Assembly (NCBI GenBank): GCA_964188305.1
Contig: OZ076901.1
DNA from: Podarcis bocagei
Lineage: Eukaryota
Length of the DNA: 64,000 bases
Reading direction: 5' to 3' (one strand)
This document shows positions 21,301-33,340 of this stretch, in pieces. Within the stretch, counting starts at the first letter, position 1, and each line of letters opens with the position of its first letter. Below the pieces are notes generated by a model, which saw nothing but the letters and a program-made list of their open reading frames with translations, was not told where the DNA came from and did not search any database. The position numbers were made by a program, and so were the translations under genes.

Positions 21301-23621
21301 TCAAGACGGACATTGTTTGCTCCTATAAATAAGCCTCTGCTGACAGTCACTGAGCCAGCCTTTAAAATTTTCAATGTCTTGTTTGAAAGATGCTGCTAAA
21401 GGACAACAGGTTGACAATGGGACTGATTGCACAGCTGGATCAACTGAGGGGAGGGGAGAGAACAAGGGGTGTGATTTGGTGGGGCTTTGGCCCATGTTTC
21501 TGGAGAGAAAGGAAGTAGCGAGACTTGGATACCAGCAGGATGGGAAAATGCTGGGTATCAGCTGTTCAGATGGGCAAATTCTGAGTTTTCAAATCTTGGG
21601 GCCTCCAAAATACTGGAATTTAGTTGTTACAAGAACTGTCAATGGATTTAATATAGATTAACAACAACAACAACAACAAATACTACTACTACTAACAAAA
21701 GGAGATAGTCTTTTTTGAAGTGTGGCACCCTAGATGGCTTCATAATCAAAAGCTACCACCCACAGGGATAAATATTGAGGTAAATGTAATTTGCCACAAA
21801 CAGCTGCCACGCATACGGTTTTTCCCTTGTGTGGTAATACTGGCTAGAACATTCCCGTGTTTTGTTCTGCTTTCCCCTGCATCGGCTGGTGGCAGCAGCG
21901 AGTGGAATGAATACAGAATATTGTGGTGTAAGGGAAGTCAAGCACTATGGAAGGAGGAGGTAGACACACCTTATCTGTTTTTGACAGAAGCCACGAGCTT
22001 ATCATAATCTCCAGTTAGAAGGAAAGGGCATGTTAAATATCTTCAATGATGAAGCCATTTAGGGGGTGAAGGAAGGCAAGTCTAAACAAACTGGGCCTAA
22101 GGAGTGATAATATAAAAGTAGCTTATAGCAAAGGCTTATCCATACTTCACCTTGTCCTGCTGCTTCCCTCCACCCCAAAGGGAAAACCGGTCTTTATTGC
22201 TCAATCAGAACAAGCAGCATGGGGTTTTCTGTAGGCTGCTGTTTGTTCTAGTTTAAAGCTAAGTGGGTGTTCCCTGGGAAAGGAGCAGAGCAAGGGGGAG
22301 ACCACACAGACCCTGTGTTTTCTAGGCAAGGACAAGGGGAAGTATGGATGAGGTCCAAGTCAGTCCACTGGTCTATGTAGTCCAATTTTGTATATTCTGA
22401 CTGGCACCAACTCTTCAGGGTTCTAAACAGGGGTCTTTCCCAAGGTTAGCTGTAGAATCCTTTTAACCGGAGACGCTGCAGACTGAAACTGTGAATATGT
22501 GTGTATTTATTTTATTTCCTTAATTAGAACCTTTGCATGCCAACCCTCGCACCATTTAGGGTTATAGGGCAGCGAACAACCAAATTCTATGGCAGACAGG
22601 TACTTCTTGTTCCTAGACTTGCCAGGACCCATTTCGAAGGTGTCAGTGGCAAGCTGATGCCAGGATAGTTTGAAACCTAGAGAGTCGGGAATTTAAATCC
22701 TGACAAAAAGAGCCAGCACTCTCAGGAAATGTTATTTAGTTTTCTCCCCAACCCTGGCTATAAAATTGTATAATCCTCCTCACTGCTGCTTATCATAATA
22801 GCAGTTATACAGGAGACACTGTACATGCTAAGCTTATAGCAGTCTTTCCTAACCTAATGCCCCCTATGGGGGCTGGTGGTGGGCTGATGCAAGTTGTAGT
22901 CCAAAGCAGCTGGCGGGCACTATGTCAGGCATGGCTGGCTTACAGAATACAAAAGATGATCCTTCAGCCTCAGTTCCAGGTCTGGGGGGAATGGGTAATA
23001 TACGAGGATAGGAAGCATTCTCTAACTGGGAGCAGCATGCACAGCACATCAGAAACAACAGCCTGGAAGCAAGCCCCGTCTGATCTGTCCACTGAACCCA
23101 TCCATTTGCGATAAACTCCCTGTCATTTAAGGCATTAAGCTCCCATAAGGCCACTTGGCAGGCCTTCCCCATTCTTCTTCCAATCACATTTGTCCAAGCT
23201 TTGCTACCCATATTAATTCATTAGAGATTCAATTTCCCAATTCATAAAATCAGCCTTACATTTGGAAAGCGTCTCCTGGGGAAATGGATGGCTTTTGCTA
23301 TCTGAAGTGACTCAGCTGTGGCGTGCCACGGAAAGGGCCTTGCGCCGTCTCCTGACAGCATAGCAGCAGTCAAAGGCAATCCATTGCTCAAATTCATTGC
23401 CTGGCCCAATCTCACAGTCTACATTGCGAGGCAAAAAATAAATAAATAATGTGGATGGGAACCGGAGGCAAGGACTCGCAGCAGCCTAGTATTGCAGAGG
23501 GCAATTCAGAGGGCAAGGAAACTCATCAGCACTAGTCCAAGGCTACTGGTGTGGCAAGTAACATCACCTGGACACAGGCTGCTGGCTTCAAACCAGGAAT
23601 CTTCCACCCCTCCCCCATTTA

Positions 23622-23662
23622 CCGTATTGGCCTGAATATAAGCCGCACACGAATATAAGCAC
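23622..23662. mobile_element. Isolated Tc2-type terminal fragment
   Basis: TA|CCGTATTGGCCTGAATATAAGCCGCACACGAATATAAGC; no matching right end found. Confidence 0.55.
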
Positions 23663-25949
23663 CCTGCATTAATCAGCCTGTGTCACCTGGACTTTCTGCC
23701 TCAAGCGCCAAAATACTTTGAGTCAGCAAGTATGTTTGCAGTCCCCAAGCATTCACTGTCACAAACTAAGCAGAATTCCCCAGCACCGTTTGAGTAGCTG
23801 CGAAACCATTATTCACTTCCAAATGACCTGCCTTCTTTCCTTCTTTTAATGTTTTCTCCTGCTGTTTGACTGAATGGTGCTGCATCCAGTAACATCTCCC
23901 ATTGCGACAACCTGGTGGGTACATTTCACTCTCATGATGGTCACTACATCACATGGATGGATAGAAAGGAAGATTCCTCCCCAGTCCCTTTTCAGGTGAG
24001 ATTGGCTAATGAGAATGGGGACCCTCTTGTGTGCAGTTGGATCAGTTCTCTGGAGCTCCTCCTCTGCAGGCACTTGAGTTCAGTGACAAAGCACACGCTT
24101 TGCATGCAGAAGGTTCAAGTTTCAGTCCTTGCCATCTTTAGTTAAAAGGATCTCAAAAGAGAGGTGGTTGGGGAAAGCAAGTAGATGAAACTGTGGGCTG
24201 TCTCATCTCTCAGCAGCAAATTTAAAGCTAAAGAGGAACCCCGGGCTGCAATCTAGGAATCCAACTGCCTTGTAAGTAGGAATGGAAAGCCAAGTTGGCT
24301 GCACAGAAGAAGTGGCAGGGCAGGAGCTGCATGCTGTCCAACTTTTTCAAGCCCTAAACCGGGATGTGTCTTCTGGGACACACTCCTGGGTGAGTCATGT
24401 GACTTGCACCTCACTCCTGCTCTCCTCAATGTGCTTTTTGGGTGCTGTGGAAGATTCCCCCCCAAAGCACAGCATGGTGAGAGCTCTCAGGGTGAGAGCA
24501 CAGCATGAGAGCATGCAAAAGTGCAGCACCCAAAATGGCTGCCAAGATCCCGCCAAAAACACAAGATGTCCCATTTTTTTCCAGGGCACTTGGAAGATAT
24601 GGAGTTGTTCTTAATAGATATCCATGGGACGCAGACTGAGTGCTCCTTCCATAAGGAAATGGAAGAAGCAGTCACACTGCATCAAATAACAACATGGATC
24701 CCAACCATGGTCGCACCTGCTGGCCTGCGACAAAATTAACTATTGTCAAGACAAACCCAACAAAAACATTTCAGAAAATGGGAAATCAGAAAAAGTAAAT
24801 ATTTGCAAAAACTGTCTGATTTCCAGCAGAAGTTCCAACATGCAGAATGAAGACTCCTCTCAATGCAGAGTCCTGGACCAGAAATTCCAGAAACCCTGCT
24901 CTCTACAGAATGCCACCCGCTCCCATCCCTGCTTGTTTAAATAGCAACCATTAATCTCTTGCTCAAAGCTAATTCTGTGTCTCATCCTCTTCCCAGGGGA
25001 GAACGGCTAAGTGCAGTTCTTCTGTTTCCTTTTAAATATTTGCTAATGCAGCCTCTTAGCACACGCGTACATGGGGAAGAAAAGATCGCCCACAGAAGTC
25101 AAAGCATAAGGAAACAAAGCACTGCATTTGAAACAAAAGTGCAGAAGCTTGTGGCAGATTCTGTGAATCTTGCAGATGACATTGGTTCATCGGTATGGAA
25201 AAAAGCACACCCACTGGATCATTCCAGTTGAATAACTGCATTTCCAGGGACCATTGGTTGGAATTCAAAATGGCAGCTTCCTGCATTAGAAATCACATTT
25301 ACTATATTTGCCAGTTAAGCTGTAAAAACTAAACAAAAAACCCACCAAGCTTTTCATAGGGAAATATTACTAGGTGTTTCAGGATGCTTTTGGCTGAAAT
25401 TCTGCTGTTACTTTTCTCAGCTTCTCTGCAGATAACCTCCAAATTGTGTTATGTTTCTGATCTTTAATTTGCAGGGGAGGAATCTATTTTTAATCCAATT
25501 TTGATACAGTCTTACAAGTTCTGGGAAGAAAGATATTCTGGAAGTGATCCACCAGGATCTCCCCCCCCCCCAATCATCACATATTTCTAACACCTCAGAC
25601 TGGCAATCACATACATGTAAATCAACAAGGACTCTATAGCAAGCAACAAAACTATTTTCAGGATAAATCAGATTTATGCACCTTGCTGGAGCTGCTGAAC
25701 TATTTTTGATACAACCTTGACCACCAGGAGTTATTGGCATATATTTGTTCCTATTAAAAAAAGTGCTATAGCAGTCCTATAAAAGTTGCAGAGAAGGGAA
25801 GCTAGGTGAGGTAGAGGGTAATGCATTGCTCATGAATGGCTATATCTGCACTGCAGCTTAAGGCTGCAATACTTGCATACTTGCCCCACAGTTCAAGAAC
25901 CACAGAATACACTGTGGAGCTTACTTCTGACTAAACGTGCACAAGAATA

Positions 25950-26190
25950 CAGTGAAACCTCGGTTGTCGAACACTTCAAAAGTCAATTGTTTCGGCTTTC
26001 GAATGCCGACAACCTGGAAGTGAATGCTTCCATTTTCGAACGTGCCTTGGAAGTCAAACAGCTTCTGAGGCATGTTTCTCCATTTTCTCCATTGCAATTG
26101 CCAACTGGCAATTGCGCCTCAGTTATTGAATGTTTTGGAAGTTGAACAGTCTTCTGGAACGGATTATGTTCGACAACCGAGGTTCCACTG
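25950..26190. mobile_element. 241-bp Tigger/pogo-type MITE
   Basis: TA flanks; TIRs CAGTGAAACCTCGGTTGTCGAACA / TGTTCGACAACCGAGGTTCCACTG. Confidence 0.9.
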
Positions 26191-26255
26191 TATAAGAAGA
26201 GCCCTGCTGGATCAGACACAAAGGCCATCAAATTTCCCATAGTGGCCAACCAGAT

Positions 26256-26489
26256 TGGTACCTTGGTTCTTGAATGGCTTCGCTCCCGAACAAATTGGCT
26301 CCCGAATGCTGCAAACCCAGAAGTGTTTTGTTTGCAAATATTTTTCAGAAGCCAAACATCTGGTATGGCGTCTGCTTGAGCGAAGGAAGCTCCTGAAGCC
26401 AATCGCAAGCCACGCCTTAGTTTTCAAACGGTTTTGGGAGTCGAACGGACTCGTGGAACGGAATAACTTCAAGAACCAAGGTACCACTG
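26256..26489. mobile_element. Tigger/pogo-type MITE with a damaged left tip
   Basis: TGGTACCTTGGTTCTTGAA / TTCAAGAACCAAGGTACCACTG|TA. Confidence 0.85.
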
Positions 26490-28527
26490 TAGAAAGCTTA
26501 CAAGGAATGTTTGCTCTCTTCCAGTGACTCATATGCAGAGACATTAATAAATAGATTGTAAACAGCCTGGAAATATTTGACACTAGGACATGGGGAAGGC
26601 CTTTTCTGTAGCTGTGCCTATCTTGCAGAATTCCTTACATCTCAGGAGATTGTTAGGCCCACTTCAAAATGATCTTTATCTGCTTCAACTAGCTCAGGTT
26701 TAATTGTTGTCATTATTTCTGACACATTATTTTACTTGCATTGGGGGGAGGGAACATATAAACACTGTAAAAGAATTGTAAAAACAATTGTTTTTAATAC
26801 AACGCAATTGTGAAATTTAAACTGTTGCGGGCAACTCTCAGTGTGGTGGTTAAGGACAGGAGAAAGTGTGGATAAGCCCTTACACTAAGCGAAACATGGG
26901 GAATGTGGCTGATATGTGTCATAGAGATGAGGATCAGGGTAGCTCCCTGTGTTTGTTTTACCAAACTCTTGAATATAGATAGAAAGGTGCCTAGATTAAG
27001 TGGCTATAGAGCCACTCATTTTCCCTTTAGAGACGTAAAAGTCACAGGTATTTTCTGGAACCCTCGCCAAAATTTGTCAGGGGGAAATGATCAACTGGAG
27101 AAAAAAGAAGCAGGCATAAACCATCTTACATTTCTAGGGCAGACATATCCTCCAAGTTACAAGCCATGAAAGTTGCTTGCCAACTGAAAAACAGCATAAC
27201 TTTCAATCAAACAAAACCAGGAGGAAAATCACCCACAGCCAGCATTGTGCCATCAGCTCAGCATTTACTGTGGCCCCTTGCACACATCACAAAAACAAGA
27301 TCCCAAAAAAGTCAAAGTCATTATGTTGAGGGGGGCAGGCGGGCAGTTTTGACATGGCTAAAACTCTTCATCATCTCTAGGCAATTATTAGACCGGAACA
27401 CTGGGCTGGGCACTTGCCATCTGCTTGACTGTTTTCTGCACAAAGCCAGAGACAGTAATCAGTGGGCAAAATTTTATCCCCCGCTGGTGGACACAATTGC
27501 AGCAAGAGCAGCCCTTTCCTCGCCTAGGAAAACAGCAAGCCAAACGAAGCAGAGGCAATTTTCAAGGCGCTCTCCTTGTCCAGGGACACACAATTGCCTT
27601 TGTCATAAAGAGACACAATTCGGCTCTCGGTATGACAGCTACCTTAGCCGACCCTGTATGCTGCGGCAGTCTAGTGTCTAGACAAATGCACGGGTGTGTG
27701 TCCTTATTTAAGAACTGGAGATCGTTAAGTGATGCAGATCTTCCTGCATCCCTTATCTTGGGTCCCAGAGAGCGATTTAATCATGCAGTGTCCCAGATAT
27801 GTAAAGAAGGATAAAAGAATACTTCTATCTCCCCCCGCGTAAGAATTGGAAGAAAGCATTTTGCATATTAAATAACCTCCTCTGCCCAAGCTTCCTAATC
27901 CATCTAATCCCCACCCCCATCCCGGACGTGAAAGGGCAAGGAGGACGAATTAATGGGTTTGTATCAAAACAAAATCAGAGCTAAACCAGGGAACCACGGA
28001 GCCTTGTTCATTTCCATTTCCTCATTAACAGCATCAGGTCTCCGGGCTTAGCGGGGCCCGGCTGCCTCCATACAAGAGGCTTAAACTCTCAAGCCATTTA
28101 AAAAATGATCACTCCAAAAGGTAATCCTTCGACAAAATGCAACAGGGCACTGGAGATGCTGCCAAATGACCCAGTGACCCAGCTAAAGACAGGAGCGCCC
28201 CCCCCCATAGCCTTCAACCTAGTTCTTGCCAAGGTGAGTCGACCTGTTTCTGGGCTGTACCATGTCAGGCTGTGGGGGGGGGATCTGGTGAACACCAAGA
28301 CAACTAGATAGCAAAGAAAAGGATTTTGTCTTAGCCCTCTCATTGGCATACCAGGTTCTTGGAGCAGGGAAACCTAGCTATGCATGTAGCGGTGCAAACC
28401 AGATTTCAGTGAGAACCAAGCCTCACTTAGTGGGGTCCACATTCAGACCCATTTTGAAAGCTCAAGGTTGAGCTGCAGTGACTTTTTAAACATGAAATTG
28501 AATTCTACAAGCAGAACTCTAATAATA

Positions 28528-28763
28528 CAGTGGTACCTCGGGTTACAGGCGCTTCAGGTTACAGACGCTTCAGGTTACAGACTCCGCTAACCCAGAAATA
28601 TTACCTCGGGTTAAGAACTTTGCTTCAGGATGAGAACAGAAATCCGGCGGCGCAGCAGCAGCAGAAGACCCCACTAGCTAAAGTGTTGCTTCAGGTTAAG
28701 AACACTTTCAGGTTAAGAACGGACCTCCGGAACGAATTAAGTATGTAACCAGAGGTACCACTG
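28528..28763. mobile_element. 236-bp Tigger/pogo-type MITE
   Basis: TA flanks; CAGTGGTACCTCGGGTTACA / TGTAACCAGAGGTACCACTG; internal TTCAGGTTA(C/A) repeats. Confidence 0.9.
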
Positions 28764-29206
28764 TATCCTACTTCCAGGACTCAGTGATTCTACAGGGTTG
28801 GGGGGGGGCATTGGGGGTGCTAAAGCTATGGAGTGGTGAAACAGGTGGTTGACACAATCGTTCTTGATAGTCCTCTCTGCCGTTTTGGAGCTCAAGGAGC
28901 AATTTGGGGTGCTCCGGGCTATGAAACAGGCCAGGTCCTCTAATAGCTGGCCAGCAGAGTTATTCCTGATAGTCCAGAGGTTACTGACTCCTAATGTGGG
29001 GAAAGGAACTTCTGGAGCACTCAAATATCTGCTGCAACCAACTGGCTACACATTGTGGGAATGAAGTTGCATGACTCTGGTGTGATCTTGATTCTGCAAT
29101 TTTATTATATTTTTTTTATTTTTTGCAGCTCTATCTGAAGGACTCAGTGTCATTATTTAAGATGTTTTGTGGGATTTTGATTACCTTATATAATCAGCAC
29201 CCCCAA

Positions 29207-29425
29207 CCCCTGTCCTTCCTGGTTATTAAATCTAACAGAGGAGGGCTGAATGTTTGGGTCCAGAGTGTAGCTAACCCTTCACTGTGCAAGGAGGTGGTCC
29301 CTGCTACATTGAAACAGGCAGTAGTGAGACCACTCCCAAAGAAACCATCTCTGGACCCTCTGGACTGAAACAACTATCAGCCATTTGCGCATACACCCTT
29401 TGGGGGGAAGGTGGTGGAGAGGACC
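29207..29425 (+). mobile_element. L2-clade LINE reverse transcriptase fragment (degenerate)
   Basis: Translates ...NPSLCKEVVPATLKQAVVRPLPKKPSLDPLD*NNYQP..PFGGKVVER, matching the K.A.V.PLLKKPSLDP..L.NYRP RT motif; contains a stop. Confidence 0.85.
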
Positions 29426-30470
29426 TTAGTTGGGCAGCAGCTAGCATTATTCCCCATCCCTTGTTTACCATACCCTACCAAAGCCCAAGTACTTCCAACT
29501 CAAATAGAGGCATATTGTTTTACTGACTGCACCTGCCTCCATCTCCCTCCTCTTCCTTTGTTGTCTTTATCCATTACAAGCTCCTTGGGGTAGCAACTGA
29601 TCCTCTTATACTTAGCAAAACACAGTGTACATTTAAGGTGTTATATAACAGACTGAAAGATCTAAAGTAAAATCTATACTTCCATTTTACTCACGGAAGA
29701 TCCCAGGTTCAGTTCCCAGCATCTCCAGGTAAAAGCATATCAGAAAACTAGGCTAGGAAACAGAGATGACTAAGGAATTTGAACTTTGTGAATTCTTACA
29801 CAAACTGACCCATCTTGAACCTAATAAATTATAGATCAAAACTTAGTTTTGGTTCTCTTTTTCTCAAATGTTTCTCAAATCTACTGGTTCTCTTTTTCTC
29901 AAATGTTTCGATGCGTTTTCAAGCAGAAAAATAAATTTAGAAATGCTTATTTCGATAGAAAACGTGCTTAGAGAAGCTACTTTAATTGTGGACCAGGCTC
30001 AACGAATCAAAAGGGTGAACTCAGTAAGCCCATTTCTTACTAAGAAAGAGCTTCATGTTATCTTTTCTTCCTCCAGAAATAATACCTGCTCAGCTTTGCT
30101 AAATCTACCTAAGAGTGAAACCTTTATTCTGTTGGAAGTCAAATATGAAACACCAACTGATAATGTCTTGTACCTGATGACCAGAAATAAAACAACTGTT
30201 GGAAAGTAAGGGGAAAGTGGAAATGTCCTTTGAAGACCCTACTGTCCATTTCAAAAGTCACATAATTCTTACTCAGAAAAATCAGCCTGCTACCATTTCA
30301 ACACAATAACCTTTCCCAAACAGCAAATGTCATAATTTATTTCTCCTTTTGATTCATACTTCTACTATCAAGGCACTCACTTTTCTATTGCATAGTGCAG
30401 TGGTCCATGAATTCTAACATTAAACCACTCTGAACATTTTCTCTCCCATACGTGTGTCTCCCTCTCCAAA

Positions 30471-30517
30471 TTTCTTTCTTTTCTTTTCTTTCTTTTCTTT
30501 TCTTTTTTCTTTTTTTT
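30471..30517. repeat. (TTTTC)n / poly-T low-complexity run
   Basis: Read directly. Confidence 0.85.
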
Positions 30518-31099
30518 GGAGAGGAATATATATTTCCATGACATAGTCTTCTCTGTTTTGCTTAGAAAACTTTAGCTTTCTCCATAAAAGGTTAGTAAAA
30601 GGAATGGATTAGTACTATAGTATTAGGTCACGGATGTGACCCTTTGAGCAAGCTGTATCTCATTATGCTTTTATAATGTGGAAGGATCAGTAGAGTCTAT
30701 AGATTGATTTGAAGCTTGTCAGTGTAGGAGAGAAACGTGTGAGGATGGCCCACGCTACATTTGGCATAAAAAGAATACAAACTGGTTCATTTTGAACGAG
30801 TGAAATATTTGACGAGACATGTTGATATGCACTGTGTGCTTTTCTTCCATAGGGTTGCAACTCATGAGCTGGGGTGGCTTTTCCACATTCCAAGTACCCA
30901 ACCCAACTGGTAACCAATACCACCCACACAGAAAAATGATAGGGGCTTTTTCTTGTGTCCCAGGTGAAACCCCAGCATCTCCAGGCAGGGCTGGGAACAC
31001 CCCATGCCTGAAACCATGGCAAGGAGGTGCTGCTTTCACCACCAGTATGATGTTAATAGCAGGGGCAGGGGGAGATGTGTGTGTGTGTTGGGGGCCCAT

Positions 31100-31919
31100 T
31101 GTTGGCACAGTGCCAATTCCCACCTGCGGAGACCAAGGAGTGGTCAGTGTCGTAAAGCCACTTCCAACATCAGGAGGAGGTGGCTTCACGCCCCCAACAC
31201 ACGCACAGAGGCTGGTTTCCAGCCCCCGCGCGATCAGGGGAATCCTAGGGCCGTGTCATCCCCTGAGCCAGCCAATCGGCTGGCGAAGGGTGTGTGGCTT
31301 CCCTCATTTAAGGCAAGCCGGGCCCCGGGATCTCCCTCTTTGGTCTGCGCAGCTGCTGTTGTTTCCCGCCCGCCCTTTGAGGTTCCCCTTCTGACCTTGC
31401 TATGGACCTCGGTTGGTCACCGTTAAGAGGGGCCTGGTAGGATTTTTTTCCACTTGGCAAATCGGCACCGGCCATTTGGTTTTTCGCCTACCTCATAGCA
31501 AATCGTCACAACTCCTTTGGTTTTGGCGGTTAGGCATTGGTAGGGGTATTGTTATGTAGATGTGTTGGGGGGGAGCACCATCATCTCCCCCAAATATTGA
31601 AGGGTAGTCCGGTAAAGGATTCCAGGGGGCATGGCCTCATCCGAAGCCTATGGAGGTCATGGCCTAAAGCGCGCCCCCGAGTGGAAACCCCGGGGGAGTC
31701 CCTAGTTGATGTGCATCAGCAGGGCTCCCCCTGCTGGTGTTAACCCTTCCCGGTCTTCAAGCAAACAGGCTGAAGCCGGATAGTCGGATAGGACCAATGC
31801 CTAAGCCAATACCGCTCTTTACCTGTAACCAATAAAGTTGTGACCAATTTTAGCCCATTAACCTAAAACAATGGTGTCATGTGTCTTTATTTCTACTGGG
31901 GGGAGGCAGGAACTCGCCA
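31100..31919 (+). mobile_element. Probable solo LTR, about 0.82 kb, antisense to NCAM1
   Basis: CpG-rich block starting TGTTGG at 31100; CCAAT at 31272, TATA-like CATTTAA near 31305, AATAAA at 31831-31836; ends either ...CTCGCCA (31919) or ...CTCG (31916) with a CCAT 4-bp duplication (31096-31099 / 31917-31920); no internal gag/pol. Confidence 0.65.
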
Positions 31920-33019
31920 TGCAATGCATAAAGTCAGCAACATCCAGCAGTTTCACAGAATCCCACAGTTCTGGAGCACAAACATATACTCCCATCATAT
32001 AACACCACAGACTCAAGCAATAATTCAGTGTGGATTCATTCTCTCTCTTACAACTTGAAAACATATCTGCGACTATTCATTTTTGCTGAATGTATAAGGG
32101 TGGGAAGACATTCAGCCCACAGCCACTCCTGGCCCATTCAACCTTCAATCCACTAGAAATGACCATCCCATTGAAAAAGCATGTGTTGTTAGATGTTCAC
32201 ATCACACACACACGCAATACTGTCATTTTTCATTTGCAGGAAGCTTCCACCTGAAAGAACCCCCTTGCAACCTCCCCCACTCTAAAAGCTGAGCCCCTCT
32301 GCAGCACGTGAGCCAAACCTGGGTGGGGAAAGTCAGCCATTCATTTGCAAGGCAGCCGCTTTACCTTGAATTATTAATGCTAACCTACGCCAGCAATTTT
32401 CCACCAGAGAGAGCTCAGCCTTAATTGTTATACCAATAAAGCCAGGTTGAAACGGTCTACCGGTACGGCGTCCTGGGTAAACAGGTTTGCCTGAGAGGTG
32501 CCTGGCGGTCTATAAACAATCTCCCCCACTGCTGAAATGCTGTTTGGCATGAGAGTTCTCATTAAAATACCCCTACCTTGGATTTCAATCATCAGCTAAT
32601 TATTATTAATTCCCCCTCTCCTATCTGTATGTTTTTCAAGAGAGGCCCTCTCTCTTGCTTCAGCGAGGAAAGCTTCCATGTCCACATGATGCAAAAGCCC
32701 CTTTTAGCAACAAATGGCAATGATTTAGAAAGGCTATTTCTTCACTGCACACAAATGCTCCTTTCCAATGCAAGCCCAACAGGATTTGCACAAGAGTATC
32801 CTGGAACAGCTCCCATAAATTTCTATGTGGGGTTGCGGTTTCTTTTCTTAAGGGGGGAGAATGCAACAGATTGGACACAACATTATGCATGTTCCTACTT
32901 CAATACCCCCTCACCAAAGGAAGGACACAATAGAGGTTTCTAAAATTATCCGTGGTGTGGAAAAAATTGAGAGTTTTCTTGCTTTCTCATACTACTAGAA
33001 ACCTACTGGGGTTCCCTGG

Positions 33020-33340
33020 TTGGCTGGATATTGAGAAAAGGCAAAAGGAAGGGCTCTTCACAAAGCAAACAATAAACTGGCGGAACCTTCTGCCACTAGT
33101 TCTGGATGGGGTCTCTATCTTAGAGGACTTTAAAGGGGGATTAGGCCTCTGTCTCCATGGATTTGTCTATTAATTACTCCTGGTTATGATAGCTATATGC
33201 ACCCTCCAAATTCAGGTTCAAAGTCATGGGGAAGCAACAATAGGAAAAGGCTATTGAATTTATGCGCTGGTTCTAGGCTTCTGTTGGAAGCAGATTGTTG
33301 GACTTGATCCAACAGGGCTATTCTAAACTGATGTTCTTCT
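33020..33340 (+). mobile_element. Degenerate CR1 LINE 3' region
   Basis: Encodes ...LFTKQTINWRNLLP...LEDFKGGL, resembling the CR1 ORF2 end FFT.R....WN.LP..V....L..FK..LD; followed by 3' UTR ...gatccaacagggctattct. Confidence 0.7.

Noticed and set aside
30819-31426. 191-aa and 140-aa ORFs
   Set aside because: They span a SINE fragment and the GC-rich LTR start; no gag/env-like motifs or splice context
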